This document shows positions 37,855-51,300 of a DNA stretch of 64,000 nt, one piece after another. The stretch comes from Takakia lepidozioides. Lineage: Eukaryota > Plantae > Bryophyta. The stretch covers positions 30,628,001-30,692,000 of the forward strand of contig CM060731.1 of assembly GCA_030704615.1 (NCBI GenBank), read 5' to 3'. The translations under genes were made by a program, and so were the position numbers. How positions within the stretch are numbered: position 1 is the stretch's first letter; the number at the start of each line of letters is the position of its first letter. Under the pieces are notes generated by a model, which was not told the DNA's origin, searched no databases, and saw only the letters and a list, made by a program, of their open reading frames with translations.

Positions 37855-39455
37855 GAACTGACTCATAGCAGGGAGCTCCCTTGCTCTGCAATGGGCCCCG
37901 TCTTCTTTGCCTCCCGCTCTTTTTCATGTGCCTACTCACCTCCCTCTCAGTGCAGCATTCCTTCTAATGCTACCCCCAGGCTCACAATTTCATGTTGCCA
38001 CCAATGCAGGGAAGTGCCACCAATCCCGAGCTTATTCTGTCTTCCTTGAAAGCCTGTTGGCCTCTCAACTACTCAAAACACTACTCAATGTATGATTAGT
38101 GCTATCTCCAAGGTATCTTGGATTCCCAATGCCCTCTAGCCTTTGAAGTATTTCCTGCTATGGCAGTCAGGAGCCTAGCGTTCTGTGGAAACACAACAGT
38201 ATAACAGGACACAAACCCACGAACAAAACCTCAACTACTTAAGGTCTAATGAGCTCCAGCTCCGAGGTATGTTTCTTTTCTCCAAAATGCACTCTGCCTG
38301 CCGAGATATTTCAAAAACCCACAAACTGAAAAACCCTCGACCACCTGAGCAAATGTTGTTGTGTTGATCCGAGGCCTTCTGAGTCTTGTCTTCCGAATAC
38401 CCTCCAAATGCTCAGAGCTGTCCAGCTACGGAGGTGAGGGGCGTGCCCTAAAGGAAGAAGAACTGATGAGAAAGAATACACATGAGGTGTAGCTACCACT
38501 TAGAAGGGACTCCGTACTTGGGCCTTGACAAGTAGGATCCCGCTTTCAGCTCCATAACCCAGTCCTTAATCACAAATCGCCCCTCTCAGATCCCGCCTCC
38601 TCTTCACTGCTGCCCAGCTAGTACCCCTTATGCACAGCCCACATAATCCTTCTCCCCCAACAAGCCCACTGGCCTGCTCAACAAAAAGCCCAGCGAAGGC
38701 CCTCAACGAGAAGGCCCCCGGCGCCACAGACACCACGCCCCCGTAGCCTCTCCATAGGCCTGGGCCAGTTACCGGATCACCACACGCACCTCGCACCTCG
38801 CCAGTAGCTTCACTGGCGCGACTCCTCAAGCTTCTCCAACATGCTGTGATTCTGGATGGGCTACTCTTTGTTTGAGCAGCATGCTGTGGACGCCGAGCTA
38901 CCACTCATTGAAGAAGAACGCTCCGGATTCGAACTGCAAAGCATTGGCCTCAGCATGTCCAAAATTGACGAAATGCAACACTGCCCAAAGGCCTATCCAC
39001 ACGTCCCTCAGCTTCACTACCCCACAGTGAGGCCCGATGGCCGTGAAGGCCAGTACCTTCCGCTCACCCAACTGCCCAAAAACACTCAAATTGACACAGC
39101 TTCTTTCAGATTCTCAGCCTGCTGTCGGATAGTCGAGCCAAGATTCTCTGCCTGGTCGGTACCATCCTCCAGATTTCTCTTGCTGGTGCGGGCAGTAGAA
39201 TCAGCTCGATTCTTCAGATCAGCTGACGCCTTTCCTGCCTACGGCAGTGCACGGTTCTCATCCAGCCAAGCAATCAGCAGCGCAGCCCACACACCCCACT
39301 CTTAGATATAACCACCGGTTGACAGAAATCGCAGCAACATCTCAAGCCTCCTGTTCTGATCCCCGTGACCAAGCTATATTATAATAGTGCTTAAAAAACA
39401 AAAACATAATATCTAGCTTAGCACTGAAAAACTAGATAGAGTCATCTCTCTCGAG

Positions 39456-39808
39456 TGATAAGAAAACTAGAAACACACTCTTAACACAAGAAACATGAAA
39501 TTCATCTCGTCATCACTCTTTCAGATAATAGTCGAGCCAGGGGCACCCCAAGCTATGGGGACTCCACCCCACAACAACCTATCCCCCCATCATAAGCACA
39601 CTCAGTTCTAAACGATGAAGGAGCTCGGTCGCGCAGGCTCAACTCGAGAGAGATGAGCTGCGCGACTGACGCTCTCGTGAAGATAAGACGGTTTAGGTGT
39701 CAAACTAAACTTGACACCTGATTTAACACTTGACCTAAATCCAAGTGTTAAATACAAATAACTAGCTTTATTCTAGTTAGTTTCACATTGTGCTTATTTA
39801 ACTTGACA
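39456..39808 (-). repeat. Terminal repeat B of copy A1
   Basis: Reverse complement of 37502-37854 (353 bp, about five substitutions by eye). Confidence 0.95.
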
Positions 39809-39901
39809 TTCTGATAAATTCCCTGTGAATAGCAAGATAAACGAAGCGCCTGAAATTTGGTCATAGTCGGACTGAAGAGAGAGAGTTAGATACTTTTCAA
39901 G

Positions 39902-39913
39902 TGGTATCAGAGC
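39902..39913 (+). promoter_or_regulatory. Primer-binding site for initiator tRNA-Met (chromovirus)
   Basis: TGGTATCAGAGC, two bases after the LTR-terminal CA at 39899. Confidence 0.92.
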
Positions 39914-40133
39914 TGGGTTTGCGATCGGGGAGAACAGATCTTGAAATTTCGGAATTTCCAGAAGTAGGGAAATCGTGTGAATGAGCCAGATCTCGTTCGG
40001 CTCTGTGAGCACACACCCCGGTGACGACGACAAGGATAGTGAAATGGCGGGAGACCGTGAGCGCTCCGATGTGGCCAGCCTACACCGAGCTTCAGATCGC
40101 GAACGTGGGAGTCAGTTGTTTTCCCAGTAGCAG

Positions 40134-43100
40134 ATGGAGGCCCTAGGCACTTTAATTCGATCTGAGATACAGAAATTGGCCCCTGCACCAACTCAAACTG
40201 AAAAGCAATCTCAGGAGCTACCTGTGAGTGAGCCACGGAATGAGGACGAATCTGAGGCCGACTCCCATGAGGCCAAGATGAAAAGAAGCAAAGATGTCAC
40301 TAGAGAAATCAGAAGGTTGGTGAAATTGCCAGAGTTTTACGGTAAGCCTTCTGTGAAGCCTGAGGAGATTTTGTCCTTTTTGGATACCCTAGAAGAATTT
40401 TTCGAAGAGGACTACTCCGAAGAGGCAAAAATCCAGACCGTGGCCTTGCAGCTTCGTGATGCCGCAAAGCTGTGGTGGTCACGGCAGAAACAGGAAAGGC
40501 GAGAGCATAAGAAACCACCAGTTGATACATGGGCGACATTCATGACACTATTTCTGGCTCACTATCTCCCTGGTGACTATGCTCATAGGATGAAGGTTGA
40601 ATTGTTCAGGTTGAAACAAGAGACTTTGAACGTGGGAGAGTTTAAGACGAAGTTTGAGACGCATGCCAATTATTTCCCCTCGCTGAGTGAAGAAGACAGA
40701 GTTGATTTTTTTATTGATGGCCTCAGTGATTCTCTCAAATTTAAGGTCAAAGCCCACAACCCTCATACCGAGGCAAAAGCATATCGTTTGGCCTGTAATT
40801 TTGAGAATGAAGTGAGGGCACAACGTTCTTCGAATTTTGCTCGTGGCACGGCAGAGTTCAAGCCTAGATCATCTGGTCCTTGGCAGTCACCAGCGAAGAG
40901 AGGGAATTGGAAGAGATTTAAACCGTTTAAGAAGGTGGGGGATCAAGCTACACGGAGACCGCCCATGAGGGCTCCTCCAAGGCTCAGTTTCAAAGAGCAA
41001 GAAGAACACAGACGTAAGGGTTTGTGTTTCTTGTGCCATGAACCCGGACACAGAGCTGCTGAGTGTACGAAGTACCCGAATTATCGTCAGGCTCGACAGA
41101 CCGCCGCCTTGACAGTTGAAGAGCCTGCAGAACCTTGTGCGGTTGTTGAAACTGGGGAGAAGTCAGGACAAGAAAAAAGGGAAAGGTCCTAATGTGCGGG
41201 TTTCTGCAGCTATCATTACAGACCAAATAGAGCACAACCCGAGTGTGATACGGGTTCAAGGGAGAGTGGCTGGAATTTCCACTCAGGTGCTGATTGATAC
41301 GGGCAGCACCCATAACCTGTTGTCAAAGGGTTTCGCTGACAAGTTGGGACTAGTTCAAAAAGACATGCAACCCTGTCAAATCCTGTTACCAGATGGTGGC
41401 GTGGATTCTACGCACAAACACATCTCAAATGTACCGATGGTCATGCAAGGCGTACAAACTATGGCGGACTTCGAGGTCTGGGAAGGAGCTCGGTACGATT
41501 GCATCCTTGGCATGCGGTGGCTGGATCTGGTTGATGCTGTGGTCGCTTGCAAGTCCAGACTGGTTAGTGGTACAGGGTGGTACCTTGCCCAACGGGAAGG
41601 GATTCAATATCAGAGGTACTAGAGCTCTTCCCAATGTACATGTCTTGTCAGCTATTCAGATGAAGAGATGTATGCGGAAGTGGAATGCTCAGCTTTTTGC
41701 TGTTAGCTTGCATGAGGTCTTGGAAACAAATCAGGAAGAAGGGAAGTCACATCCCAAACTTGACCTAATCCTGAATGAATATAAAGATATGTTTCCTAAT
41801 GAGATCCCTGGAATGCCCCCTGAACGGGAGGTTGATCATGCTATCGAGTTGATGACAGATGCTGTACCGGTTGCAAGGGCGCCGTACAGGCATTCAATTG
41901 CAGAAAGTGAAGAGTTAGAAAGGCAGTTGAATGACCTATTGGAAAAGGGGTATATTCGTCCAAGCAAATCCCCTTGGGGTGCCCCTGTAATGTTTAAGAA
42001 GAAGAAAGACGGGACTTTGAGACTATGTGTGGACTATAGATGGTTGAATAAGGTCACCATCAAGAATAAGTTTCATTTGCCTCATGTGGACGATTTGTTT
42101 GACTATCTGTATGGAAGTCAGGTTTTTTCAAAACTTGATCTTCGGTCCGGATATCATCAGATACGGATCAAGAATTCTGACATACCAAAGACTGGATTTC
42201 GGTCTCGTTTTGGTCATTACGAATTCTTGGTGATGCCATTTGGGCTCACAAATGCTCCAGCAACATTTACTCATTTGATGAATTCCATGTTCCAGAAATA
42301 TTTGGGGAAGATGGTCTTAGTCTACATGGATGATATACTGATATACTCGAAGTCTGAAGAAGAACATGAACAGCATCTACGCTTGGTCTTAGACATACTT
42401 AGAGAGAACCACATGTTTGCTAAGAGAAACAAGTGTGAGTTCTTTGTAGACCACATGGATTACTTGGGATTTTGCATCTCTAAAAATGGAATTTCAATTG
42501 ATCCTAAGAAAGTCCAGACAGTGGTTGAATGGCCTAAACCAAGTGATAAGACTGAGGTCAAGAGCTTTATTGGGTTTGCTAGCTTCCTACGGAAGTTTGT
42601 CAAATCTTTTTCACAGATTGCAACCCCATTGACTGACCTGCTTAAGGACTCGAGTCCTGTAAGCTTGAAAGACGTCTGGACAAGAAAATGTGATAATAGT
42701 TTCGAGAAATTGAAGTTTGCCTTGACATATGCTCCTGTACTGAGATTGCTCGACCCTACAAAGGGAGCAATCGTACTATGTACCAATGCAAGTGATCTTG
42801 CTATTGGAGCTGTGCTGATGCAAGATGGGCAGGTGATTGCCTATGGATCTCGAAAGATCAGTCCAGCGGAAAAGAATTACCCAACTCATGAAAAAGAACT
42901 GTTGGCAATAGTTCATGCTCTGAAGATATGGAGGCATTACTTGCTTCCAGTTGATTTTGTGATAGAGACTGACCATCAGAGTTTGAAATACTTGACCACA
43001 CAACCTCATTTAAGTCAGAGGCGGATTAGGTGGTCAGAACTGCTTCAGCAGTTCCATTATGACCTAAAGTATGTCAAGGGGAGAGAGAATGTGATTGCTG

Positions 43101-44524
43101 ATGCACTTTCTAGGAGACCATTACAAGCTTATGTTGTCTCATGCGTCAGTAGCACTATATTTCTGGACATTAAAGGTCAGTATGAGATTGATAAATTCTT
43201 CAAAGAGCCATTTAAGAGTTTGTCTCGTGACCAAAGAACTTCTATTGAGAAAGAAAAGTACCGGCCATACCTCTTGAGAGATGGGGTGTTATTTTATAAT
43301 GGTCGGCTGTGTGTTCCCTTGATCCCAGACTTGAGATTGCGGATTATTCATGACAGTCACAATATTCCAATCTCAGGACACCCGGGCTTTCAGAGGACCT
43401 ACTGGTCAATATGAAAACATTATTTCTGGCCGGGCATGAAAAGAGAAATCAAAGAATATGTACATAAATGTTTCCCTTGTCAAGTTTCAAAGTCAGAGAG
43501 AGTCAGACCTCCTGGATTACTACAACCATTATCTGTTCTTGGATGGAATTGGGAATCCATTAGCATGGATTTCATTGTGGCATTACCCAGGACCAGAAAC
43601 GGCCATGATAATATCATGGTGGTTGTAGATAGGCTGTCTAAGATAGCCCACTTGATACCTACAAGGATGAGTGCTACAGCATCTGATGTTGCATCCTTGT
43701 ATATGAAAGAGATATTCAGGATCCATGGTCTGCCTCAAGAGATTATTTGTGACAGGGACTCAAAGTTTACAAGTCATTTTTGGATTGACTTGTTCAAGAA
43801 ATTGGGAACCAAGGTGAGGCTAAGTACGGTCTTTCACCCAGAAACAGATGCTGAGACAGAAAGAACCAACCGTACAATAGAGGATATGTTGAGGACGTAC
43901 GTTTGTGAAAGACAGTCCTCTTGGGAACAATATCTGTATATGGTGGAATTTGCCTATAACAAGCATTTCCACAGTGCCATTGGCATGAGCCCATTTGAAG
44001 CTTTATATGGACGAGATTGCTTAGCTCCTGCTTTGCTTATTGCACCACCATCAAGTGTGCAGAGTGTGAATGACAGGATCAAAGAGATGCACTCTGTGCT
44101 GGATTTGGTGAAGCGTAGTATGCAGGCTGCGCAGGAACGGGCCAAGTTCTTTGCTGATAAGCACAAAACTTTTCGTGAATTTGACGTTGGTGATATGGTG
44201 TTTTTGAAAGTTACACCTAAAAGAAGCAATCTAACACTGGGCAAGTGTTATAAGTTGTCACCAAGGTTTTGTGGCCTGTTTAAAATCCTGAAACGCCATG
44301 GCACAGTGGCCTATGAGATGGATCTGCCTCCAACACCCGAAAAGATTCTAGAAACGCGAGTGAAGCACCTGCGCAATCGTTCTTGGAAAGAACATTTGAT
44401 TAAGTGGTTGCATTACCCAGAGACAGAGGCTACTTGGGAGAAGGAAAATGAATTGACATTGAATTACCCCTCGTTTTCTGTCATTGAGGACAATGACCTG
44501 TCTTTGGGAGGGGGAGTTTGTTAG
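40134..44524 (+). pseudogene. Chromovirus gag-pol (gag, zinc knuckle, protease, RT, RNaseH, integrase, chromodomain) with two frameshifts and a stop
   Basis: CFLCHEPGHRAAEC; VLIDTGSTHN; [10 protein letters not shown]; [11 protein letters not shown]; SISMDFIVALP; chromodomain PEKILETR..HLIKWLHYPETEATWE. Confidence 0.95.
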
Positions 44525-45238
44525 GTGCCAGGAACGAAGGTCGACCTGTCAACCAGTTTGGAATAACAGACTGCTAGAATATCGCCAAACTGACAGTTGC
44601 AGGTTAAATGGAGCAGGCTCGCGTGCATGAAGATGATCCAGGACTAGGGATTTTTTATGGGCGTGGACAGGGAAGGATGACAGAAGTAGAGATGATGGTG
44701 TACAGGCGCCTTGAGCAGATCTGCATGGGCAGGAAATCTGATTGTAGCACGGCGTGGTGGCTGGGTGGACCGGATGCTGTAACCGGTGCTGTGCTTATAG
44801 AGTTGTAGGTTGATGTTGGAATAGACGTCACTTGACTTTGGTGGCTTGCAGCAGCAGGGACTGTGATTTCTCTTTTGTATAAAGTGATGATGTAAATCTT
44901 GTGACTAAGGTTTCATCAAGAGTGATTTGAAGAGGGACAATTTAGATCTGGTTCCAGTCACTGTTTGGAACAAGAAAGGTTCGCTTTGAGGCTTGTGAAT
45001 ACGCTTCCATGAAGAACAGGGCTGAACGATCGTTGGACTAGAGTGATCTCTGTTACGATCTGAGTCAAAGAATTGTGACTGGAATAAAAGAGGCTGGTTA
45101 CATGAGGTCCATACTGTTGTTGATTCAAGTAAGCAGATTTCTTGGGATTCTGATAAATTCCCTGTGAATAGCAAGATAAACGAAGCGCCTGAAATTTGGT
45201 CATAGTTGGACTGAAGAGAGAGAGTTAGATACTTTTCA
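44519..45238 (+). repeat. 3' LTR of the chromovirus (720 bp)
   Basis: TGTTAGG...CTTTTCA; matches the split 5' LTR. Confidence 0.96.
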
Positions 45239-46399
45239 GTACCCTTTTGGCAATAGGCCATCGTGTGATTGAACTGAGAAACGCCTCCCTACAGGACTAT
45301 ATAAGCTTAAAAGTACCCACCACCTCAATCAAGGGAGAAAAGGGAGAGCTATGAGAGGAAGTACCTCAAACTATTGTCTCCTTCCTGGAGGTCCACGTTG
45401 AGAAACTCTGCCTGTGGCAAACATACCTGCAACCCAACCCTTATCAATTCTTGGAGAGTCCACTAGTATTTTAACAAGATTCTTACCAACTTCTGATTCT
45501 AAGGTCTTGTTTTTCTGGCAATGTTTGATAGGGATCAGGTGTGGTGGCAAAAAAAACACCTAAATTTCTTGATGGTGTATATTTGTCCCCCTGGAAATTG
45601 ATAATCTGCGAAGGTATGTCTACTTCCATTTTAAAACCAATAAAAGAAAAAGGCATGTCGAGACCGCCACCCCATACCTTGACTATGGAAGGAGATTGTT
45701 TATATTTATTGATGATTTCCTTCCCAATCTGTCAGAGCCAACCAACAAACCAAAAGGTTAGTGATCCCTGTGGAGCCCCAGGCTTAAACCACTTCACCCT
45801 TGTTATCGATGTCATCCCTGCCGCAGGTCATACTAGCAAAGAGAGGAGAAGTAAGGGAGGTCCATTCAGCCATTTCAGCCAGCAGTAGATATACAACTCA
45901 GACACAACAATACAGATGTAGGTATACAACTCAGATACCTCTTCCGCAGATCCCAGAAGTGCTCCGGATGGAGTAGGGCCTGTGGTGATACTCATGTTTA
46001 TTTCTGCCACTGAGGAGTCATGTGCCAACACCTGCAGTTTTTCATCCAACAATCATTGAAACTATCCACCTACACTTAGCAAATCTCTAGTTTTGCTTTC
46101 TACATGACCAGCTAAATAGCTACCACTTACAGACCCAAGACTTAAAAAAAATGGGTTGGAAAGAGGAATCTTTCAAAGGGCCAGACACCCAAATTGGATC
46201 CCATTGGATGTTTGGGGGTGAAAAATAAAGAAAACATAGAAAACCAGGGGTTACGCACAGAGCCATTCATGACAGGAAGCTCACAAGCATTTCTGGTCAT
46301 CAAATGAAAGATAGAAGGATGCCAGACCACTTGAGTCTAGACTTAAGTGGAAGAACGAGTTGCATATAGCAATAAAAGATTTAATAGTTTATCTTTATA

Positions 46400-47970
46400 T
46401 TTTAATCATTTTTTAGTTTATAAAAAAAAAGAAAAGGATGAGAGGCCCTGGAAATTTATTAAAAAGGGAAAAAATTAAACCCTTACATATTGCCATGAGG
46501 CTTAACACATGGGGACCGTGTTGGAGATTCCAACGATCAGTGAACAGGGTAGGAAATAGACATGACTACACATGCAGCCCTGGTAGACCCATCTATTATT
46601 GGTTGCAAGATTTGCCCATAGTGCAGAGAGCTAATCTGGGATTAGTTCATAGCAGTGAAAAACTCCATGAGAGAAAGGTGCCCTAGTGCAGAGGGAACCG
46701 AACGGAACGACGAACAGTAAGAGCACAGGCCAGAACGGCCAAGGAGCGAAACACTGAAGATGTCTATCTGAGGAAGATCAACTTAGATTTAGATCCCCAT
46801 ACCTAAACTCTGGAAACACCGATGGGGCACCGTCTTCAGCCTTGACTCGGCAGATATTAACTGGAAGCACATAAGGAGCAATAGTAACATCATAGAAAAC
46901 ACAAGCAAGGATTTCTGTACATGAGGAAGAAGCATTGTTTAATGTCCATCTACACCGAGCCTTCCAGATTTGCCACAGTGTTGCCGAGCGGAGGGCCTCG
47001 AATACTGGGCACGTGGACACCTTGGACTTGGTTGTTTGGTTGTAATTTAGCAGGAGGGCTATGGGGTCCTGAGCAGTGTCGGACCAAACCTTGTAAAGTG
47101 ACCATACCAAGGGCCAGATTTTTGACGACCCTCTACAGAAAAGAAGGCAGTGTTCCAAAGACTCAATAATCCCAATGGGGCAGCATCTGCAGAGTAGAGC
47201 CTCTTGGAAGTTCAGAAATTGCCCAACCTTTAAAACTCTATTTGCAATCTGCCAAAGAAAGGCACTGAGTTTGGCTGGTTTTGATTTTTCCCAAATCAAA
47301 GCCCATATGCACTTCCAGTTTTCCAGCCCCATCCGTCATCCCATTTTTTGGTTAGAGGCTTGGCCTTCAGCATCGCTCTGTAGGCACCCTTGGCCGTGTA
47401 AGAGAAGAAGGAGCAAATCTTGTCCCCGAATTCCCATTGCCATTCTGCCGGGTCGATTTGCAGATCCTGGATGGACTGGCCTCCTATCCATATGAAGGTT
47501 CCTGATCGTAACCATGGTAGAACCTGCGTGTTGGATGGTAGGGATGGATTAAAATCTTTGAGCTTAGAGTTCCAGTGGCAGATTCTGGCTGGTGGGGTGT
47601 TTGTATATGGGATTGTGATGGAGTTGGATGAGTGTAGCGAGAAATCACCCGTAAACGGATGGGCCCTGAATGCAAAACCCACCAAGTTATCACGTGAGGA
47701 TTCCGTTATGAACATGACCTGAAAGTGGTGATCAGGTGTGGTCACCCACTGATAAAGAGACGAAGAGGATGGCTGTCTGAGCATGTCTCTAGCCGCCAGC
47801 TTAGAGGTAAATCTCTCTATGGGGCAGTTTAAATGGTTGCCTGAATTATGCCATTCATCCTTTAATGCCTGCATGAAGGATGGAATATTGAGAAGGGAGG
47901 AGTTTAGCTTGTAAATACCCCTACCTCTACGATGAGCGTTAGGGACATCCATTTTTAAATAAACCTTCAT
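46400..47970 (-). mobile_element. L1-type LINE remnant (ORF2 with RT deleted; zf-RVT C-terminus)
   Basis: RGRGIYKLNSSLL post-endonuclease motif; W..IW..KLSAFLWQIANRVL..CRCC..ESLEHCLLFC..LWQIWKARC (zf-RVT). Boundaries approximate. Confidence 0.85.
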
Positions 47971-48089
47971 GAGTTATTACCTATTCAAAAAGTGTGTGGG
48001 ATAAGGTTAATAAATAGCAACTTTTCATTCTGTTTTCATCCAATTATTTTATTTTTCATTCATTTTTTTTAGACTGTACGTCATTTTTT

Positions 48090-49290
48090 TCCATATAAGT
48101 ATAGAAAACGAGGATCATTTTCTTCTCTTTCTTCCACAAGTTGTTTGCAAACAATAGAACTGTCTCTCAGTTTTGCTCTTTTATCTTTGTTTCTGTGTTT
48201 CTTCTTTGTTTCTGTTGCTTGTTTATGTTTCTTTGTTTTTCTGGTTCTTTGGCAATGTTTTTTAGTTCTTCCCAGTAGTATCTTTTGTCTTTGTTCTTCA
48301 CTTTTGGTTCTCTATTTATGTTTCTTTCTAATCTCTATTCTTTGTTTTTCTGTGTGAGTTTTTCGATAGAATAGAACTTTCTCTTCTTTTTTTTCTTTCA
48401 TTCTGTTGTCTTTTTTTTTTCTTTGAAAATTCTATAAGTATGCAGAACGAGGATCATTTCCTTCACTTTCTTCTGCAGGAAAGCTTTTTGTATAGAATAG
48501 AATTGTCTCTCAATTCTGCTCTTTTGCAATCGTTTGTGTTTCTTCTTTGCTTCTATTGTTTGTTTATGTTTCTTTGTTCTTTCGGTTCTATGGCAAAATA
48601 GAACTCTCCTAGTTCTTCTCAATAGCCTTCATTTGTTTTTTTCTTTCACTTTCTGTTATTTGTTTATGTTTCTTTCTGATCTCTGTTCTTTGTATTTCTG
48701 TATGAGTTGTTCAGCGGAATAGAACTTTCTATTCGTTCTTTCTCTTTCGTTTTGTTTTCTTTCCTCTTTGTTTGTGTTTCTTTTTTGCTTTTGTTGTTTG
48801 TTTATGTTGCTTTGTTCTTTTGGTTCTGTGGCAAAATGAACTGTCTCCTAGTTCTAATTCTGAGTAGCATTCATTTGTTTTTTTCCTTCGCTTTCTGTTC
48901 TTTGTTTATGTTTCTTTCCGATCTCTATTCTTTGTATTTCTGTGTGAATTGTACAACAAAATAGAACTTTCCATTCTTTCTTTCTCTTCGTTCTTTCTCT
49001 TTCGTTTTGTTTATTTCCTCTTCGTTTGTCTTTCTTCTTTGCTTCTGTTGTTTGTTTATGTTTCTTTGTTCTTTCGGTTCTGTGGCAAAAGAGAATTGTC
49101 TCATAGTTCTTCTGAGTAGTCTTTATTTGTTTTTTTCTTTCACTTTCTGTCTTTGTTTATGGTTTTCTTTTTATCACTGTTCTTTGTATTTCTGTGTGAG
49201 TTGCTCAGTGAAATAGAACTTTCCCTTCTTTATTTCTCTTCGTTTTTTCTCTTCGTTCTTTCTCTTTTATTTTGTTTTGTTTTGTTTTCT
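48090..49290. repeat. Degenerate T-rich tandem repeat (units roughly 220-250 bp, anchored by AATAGAAC)
   Basis: Recurring AATAGAACTTTC...GTTTATGTTTCTTTG...TTCTGTGTGA blocks near 48150, 48500, 48720, 48960 and 49210. Confidence 0.75.
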
Positions 49291-50444
49291 TCTAACATAT
49301 CAGACACACTATCAGATAACTACCAAACACACTATCGTATATTTCCAAGAAATCATTAAAATTCCTTACACTGTGATTATGCCACTTGAATGTTACATCA
49401 TAATCTATAGTATATATGATATTCAAGCATGATATCAGTATATACAACTTAGAGATTATAAATATTTAATTATAATCAGAAAATATATAATATAAATAAG
49501 TATATGAAAAACGAATATTTATATTATATTAAATAAATAATTTTTAATAATAAATAAAATATTTTAAAATCTAGCTATAACCTAACAACGTTGCTACATA
49601 AATTAACTATCATTCTATCCATCAACCAGTCAATTATCATTCCATCCATTATCATAAATCATTCATTATCAGTTACAATCATGTGTTATTTTTACTTACT
49701 ACATAATTATTTATTCATATCACTTTATATCTTATCATCACATTTTTATATTTCAAATTTAAAATCTTAAATATTTGTATTATTTATATAAATGAACATA
49801 CTAAGATATTTATTTAAAAGAACTAAAATTATAATTTATTTATTAATTTAAATATAATGCTGTATATTAAATATATTATAAATATAAATATATTATCAAT
49901 TTATGTCATGCTTTCAATGTCAGATTCATCATTCCAATTTAAATCTAATCAATCAAGTTATCTATCATATTACATCTCAAAAACTTCAAAAACTTCAAAT
50001 ATATTATTTATATCAACGAATTTATGTAATGAATATTAATTTAAATAACATATATAATAATAAAATATGTATTAAATAATTTAGATATTAATCAATATAT
50101 AATAATATAATGTATAATACTATATTGTATCATGTTTCCAACCTCAGATTTCATCATTTCAATAAATTCAAAATCCATTCAATCAAATTGTTTATCATGT
50201 TACATTTCAAAATCTCCAATTTGTTTTTAACCTTTATGGTTAATCTTTAAGGCCTTTGGGCCATAATTTTGTATGCTATAATGGATAGCTATAAGGGTTC
50301 GAATCCCTATACAAAAATAAATTTTTTTGTTTCATATTCGTATATTGTATAATATGTATATATCTATATGTATACATCAAATATGACATGTATAATATTG
50401 ATGGTAATCTGATATACCAATTCAATCCAATGACGAAATAAGAA

Positions 50445-51300
50445 ATCTTTAGAGTGATTCTAAGAAACTCTTAGTGTGAATGTGTTGTTTTTTTAATCAC
50501 TCTAAAAAATCCTTAGAGCGGCTCAGAGCGGCTCTAAGGGATCCTTAGAGCGATTGCAAATAGCAATATAGTTTATTTTGTTTCTTGCTCTAAGTAATGC
50601 TTAGATCAAATGTGAATAGCCGTTTAGATTTTTTTTGTTTTCCCGCTCTAATAAATCCTTAGAGCGGCTCTGAAGGATCCTTAGAGCAAATACAAATAGC
50701 AATTTAGCTTTTTCTGTTTCCCCGCGGTAGAAAATCCTAGAACGGCTTAGAGCGGCTCTAAGGGATCCTTATAGCGAATGTAAATAGCAATTTATCTTTT
50801 TTTATTTTCTTACTCTAACTAATACTTAGATCGAATGTAAATAGCAAATTAGTTTTTTTCTGTTTTTCCACTCTAAGAAACCCCTAGAGCGGCTCTAAAG
50901 GATTCTTAGAGCGAGTATAAATAGCAATTTAGCTTTTTCTGTTTTCCCGCTGTATGAAATCCTTAGAGTGGCTTAGAGCGGCTCTAAGGATCCTTAGAAC
51001 GAACGTAAATAGCAATTTAGCTTGTTCTATTTTCCCAATCTAACAAATCCTTACATTGGCTCTAAGGATATTAAGGGATCGTTAGAATAAATGTAAAAAA
51101 TATGTTAAGTTTATCTTCTTCGTCATGGTTGACCGATTTGTTTTCCCGCTCTATGAAATCCTTAGAGCGGCTTAGAACGCTATAAGGGATCCTTACAATG
51201 AACGTAAATAGAAATTTAGTTTTTTATTTTTGTTTTTCCAATTTAAGAGATCCTTACATTCGCTCTAAGGGATCATTAGAATAAATGTAAAAAATATGTT
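50445..51300. repeat. Tandem array of palindromic CTTAGAGC-G-GCTCTAAG / CTCTAAGG-GAT-CCTTAGAG motifs
   Basis: Motif blocks at ~50510, 50660, 50745, 50885, 50970 and 51160, separated by AAATAGCAATTT and T-rich spacers. Confidence 0.75.

Larger units (their letters stand above)
29013..39808. mobile_element. Family A copy A1: full-length (10.8 kb) split-repeat Gypsy-type retrotransposon encoding a DNMT and a PHD finger
   Basis: Termini TGTCGTGCG...AACTTGACA; 4-bp TSD TTCT (29009-29012, 39809-39812), confirmed against the uninterrupted 3' LTR of the host chromovirus (~45148). Coding region on + 29870-37154. Confidence 0.93.
28381..45238 (+). mobile_element. Chromovirus (Ty3/Gypsy) LTR retrotransposon whose 5' LTR is split by copy A1
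   Basis: 5-bp TSD GTACC (28376-28380, 45239-45243). 5' LTR 28381-29012 + 39809-39899; 3' LTR 44519-45238; PBS TGGTATCAGAGC; PPT GGGAGGGGGAG at 44506-44516. Confidence 0.96.

Noticed and set aside
38566-39305. ORFs in region Y of copy A1 as a tyrosine recombinase or accessory gene
   Set aside because: No R-H-R-Y recombinase motifs or other recognisable domain; short frames; region is better explained as 5' leader.
37502-39808. Separate DNA transposon with 353-bp TIRs (B...b')
   Set aside because: It has no TSD of its own, the TTCT TSD brackets 29013-39808, and the A-GC-B junction recurs in three independent copies.
41116-41192. Programmed gag-pol frameshift in the chromovirus at AAAAAAG
   Set aside because: The downstream frame is +1 rather than -1, and the element has other disabling lesions, so a simple indel is more likely.
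48145-49359. Hydrophobic Phe/Leu/Cys-rich ORFs as membrane proteins
   Set aside because: By-products of the T-rich tandem repeat.
50296-50306. tRNA gene (GGTTCGAATCC B box)
   Set aside because: No convincing A box or cloverleaf around it.
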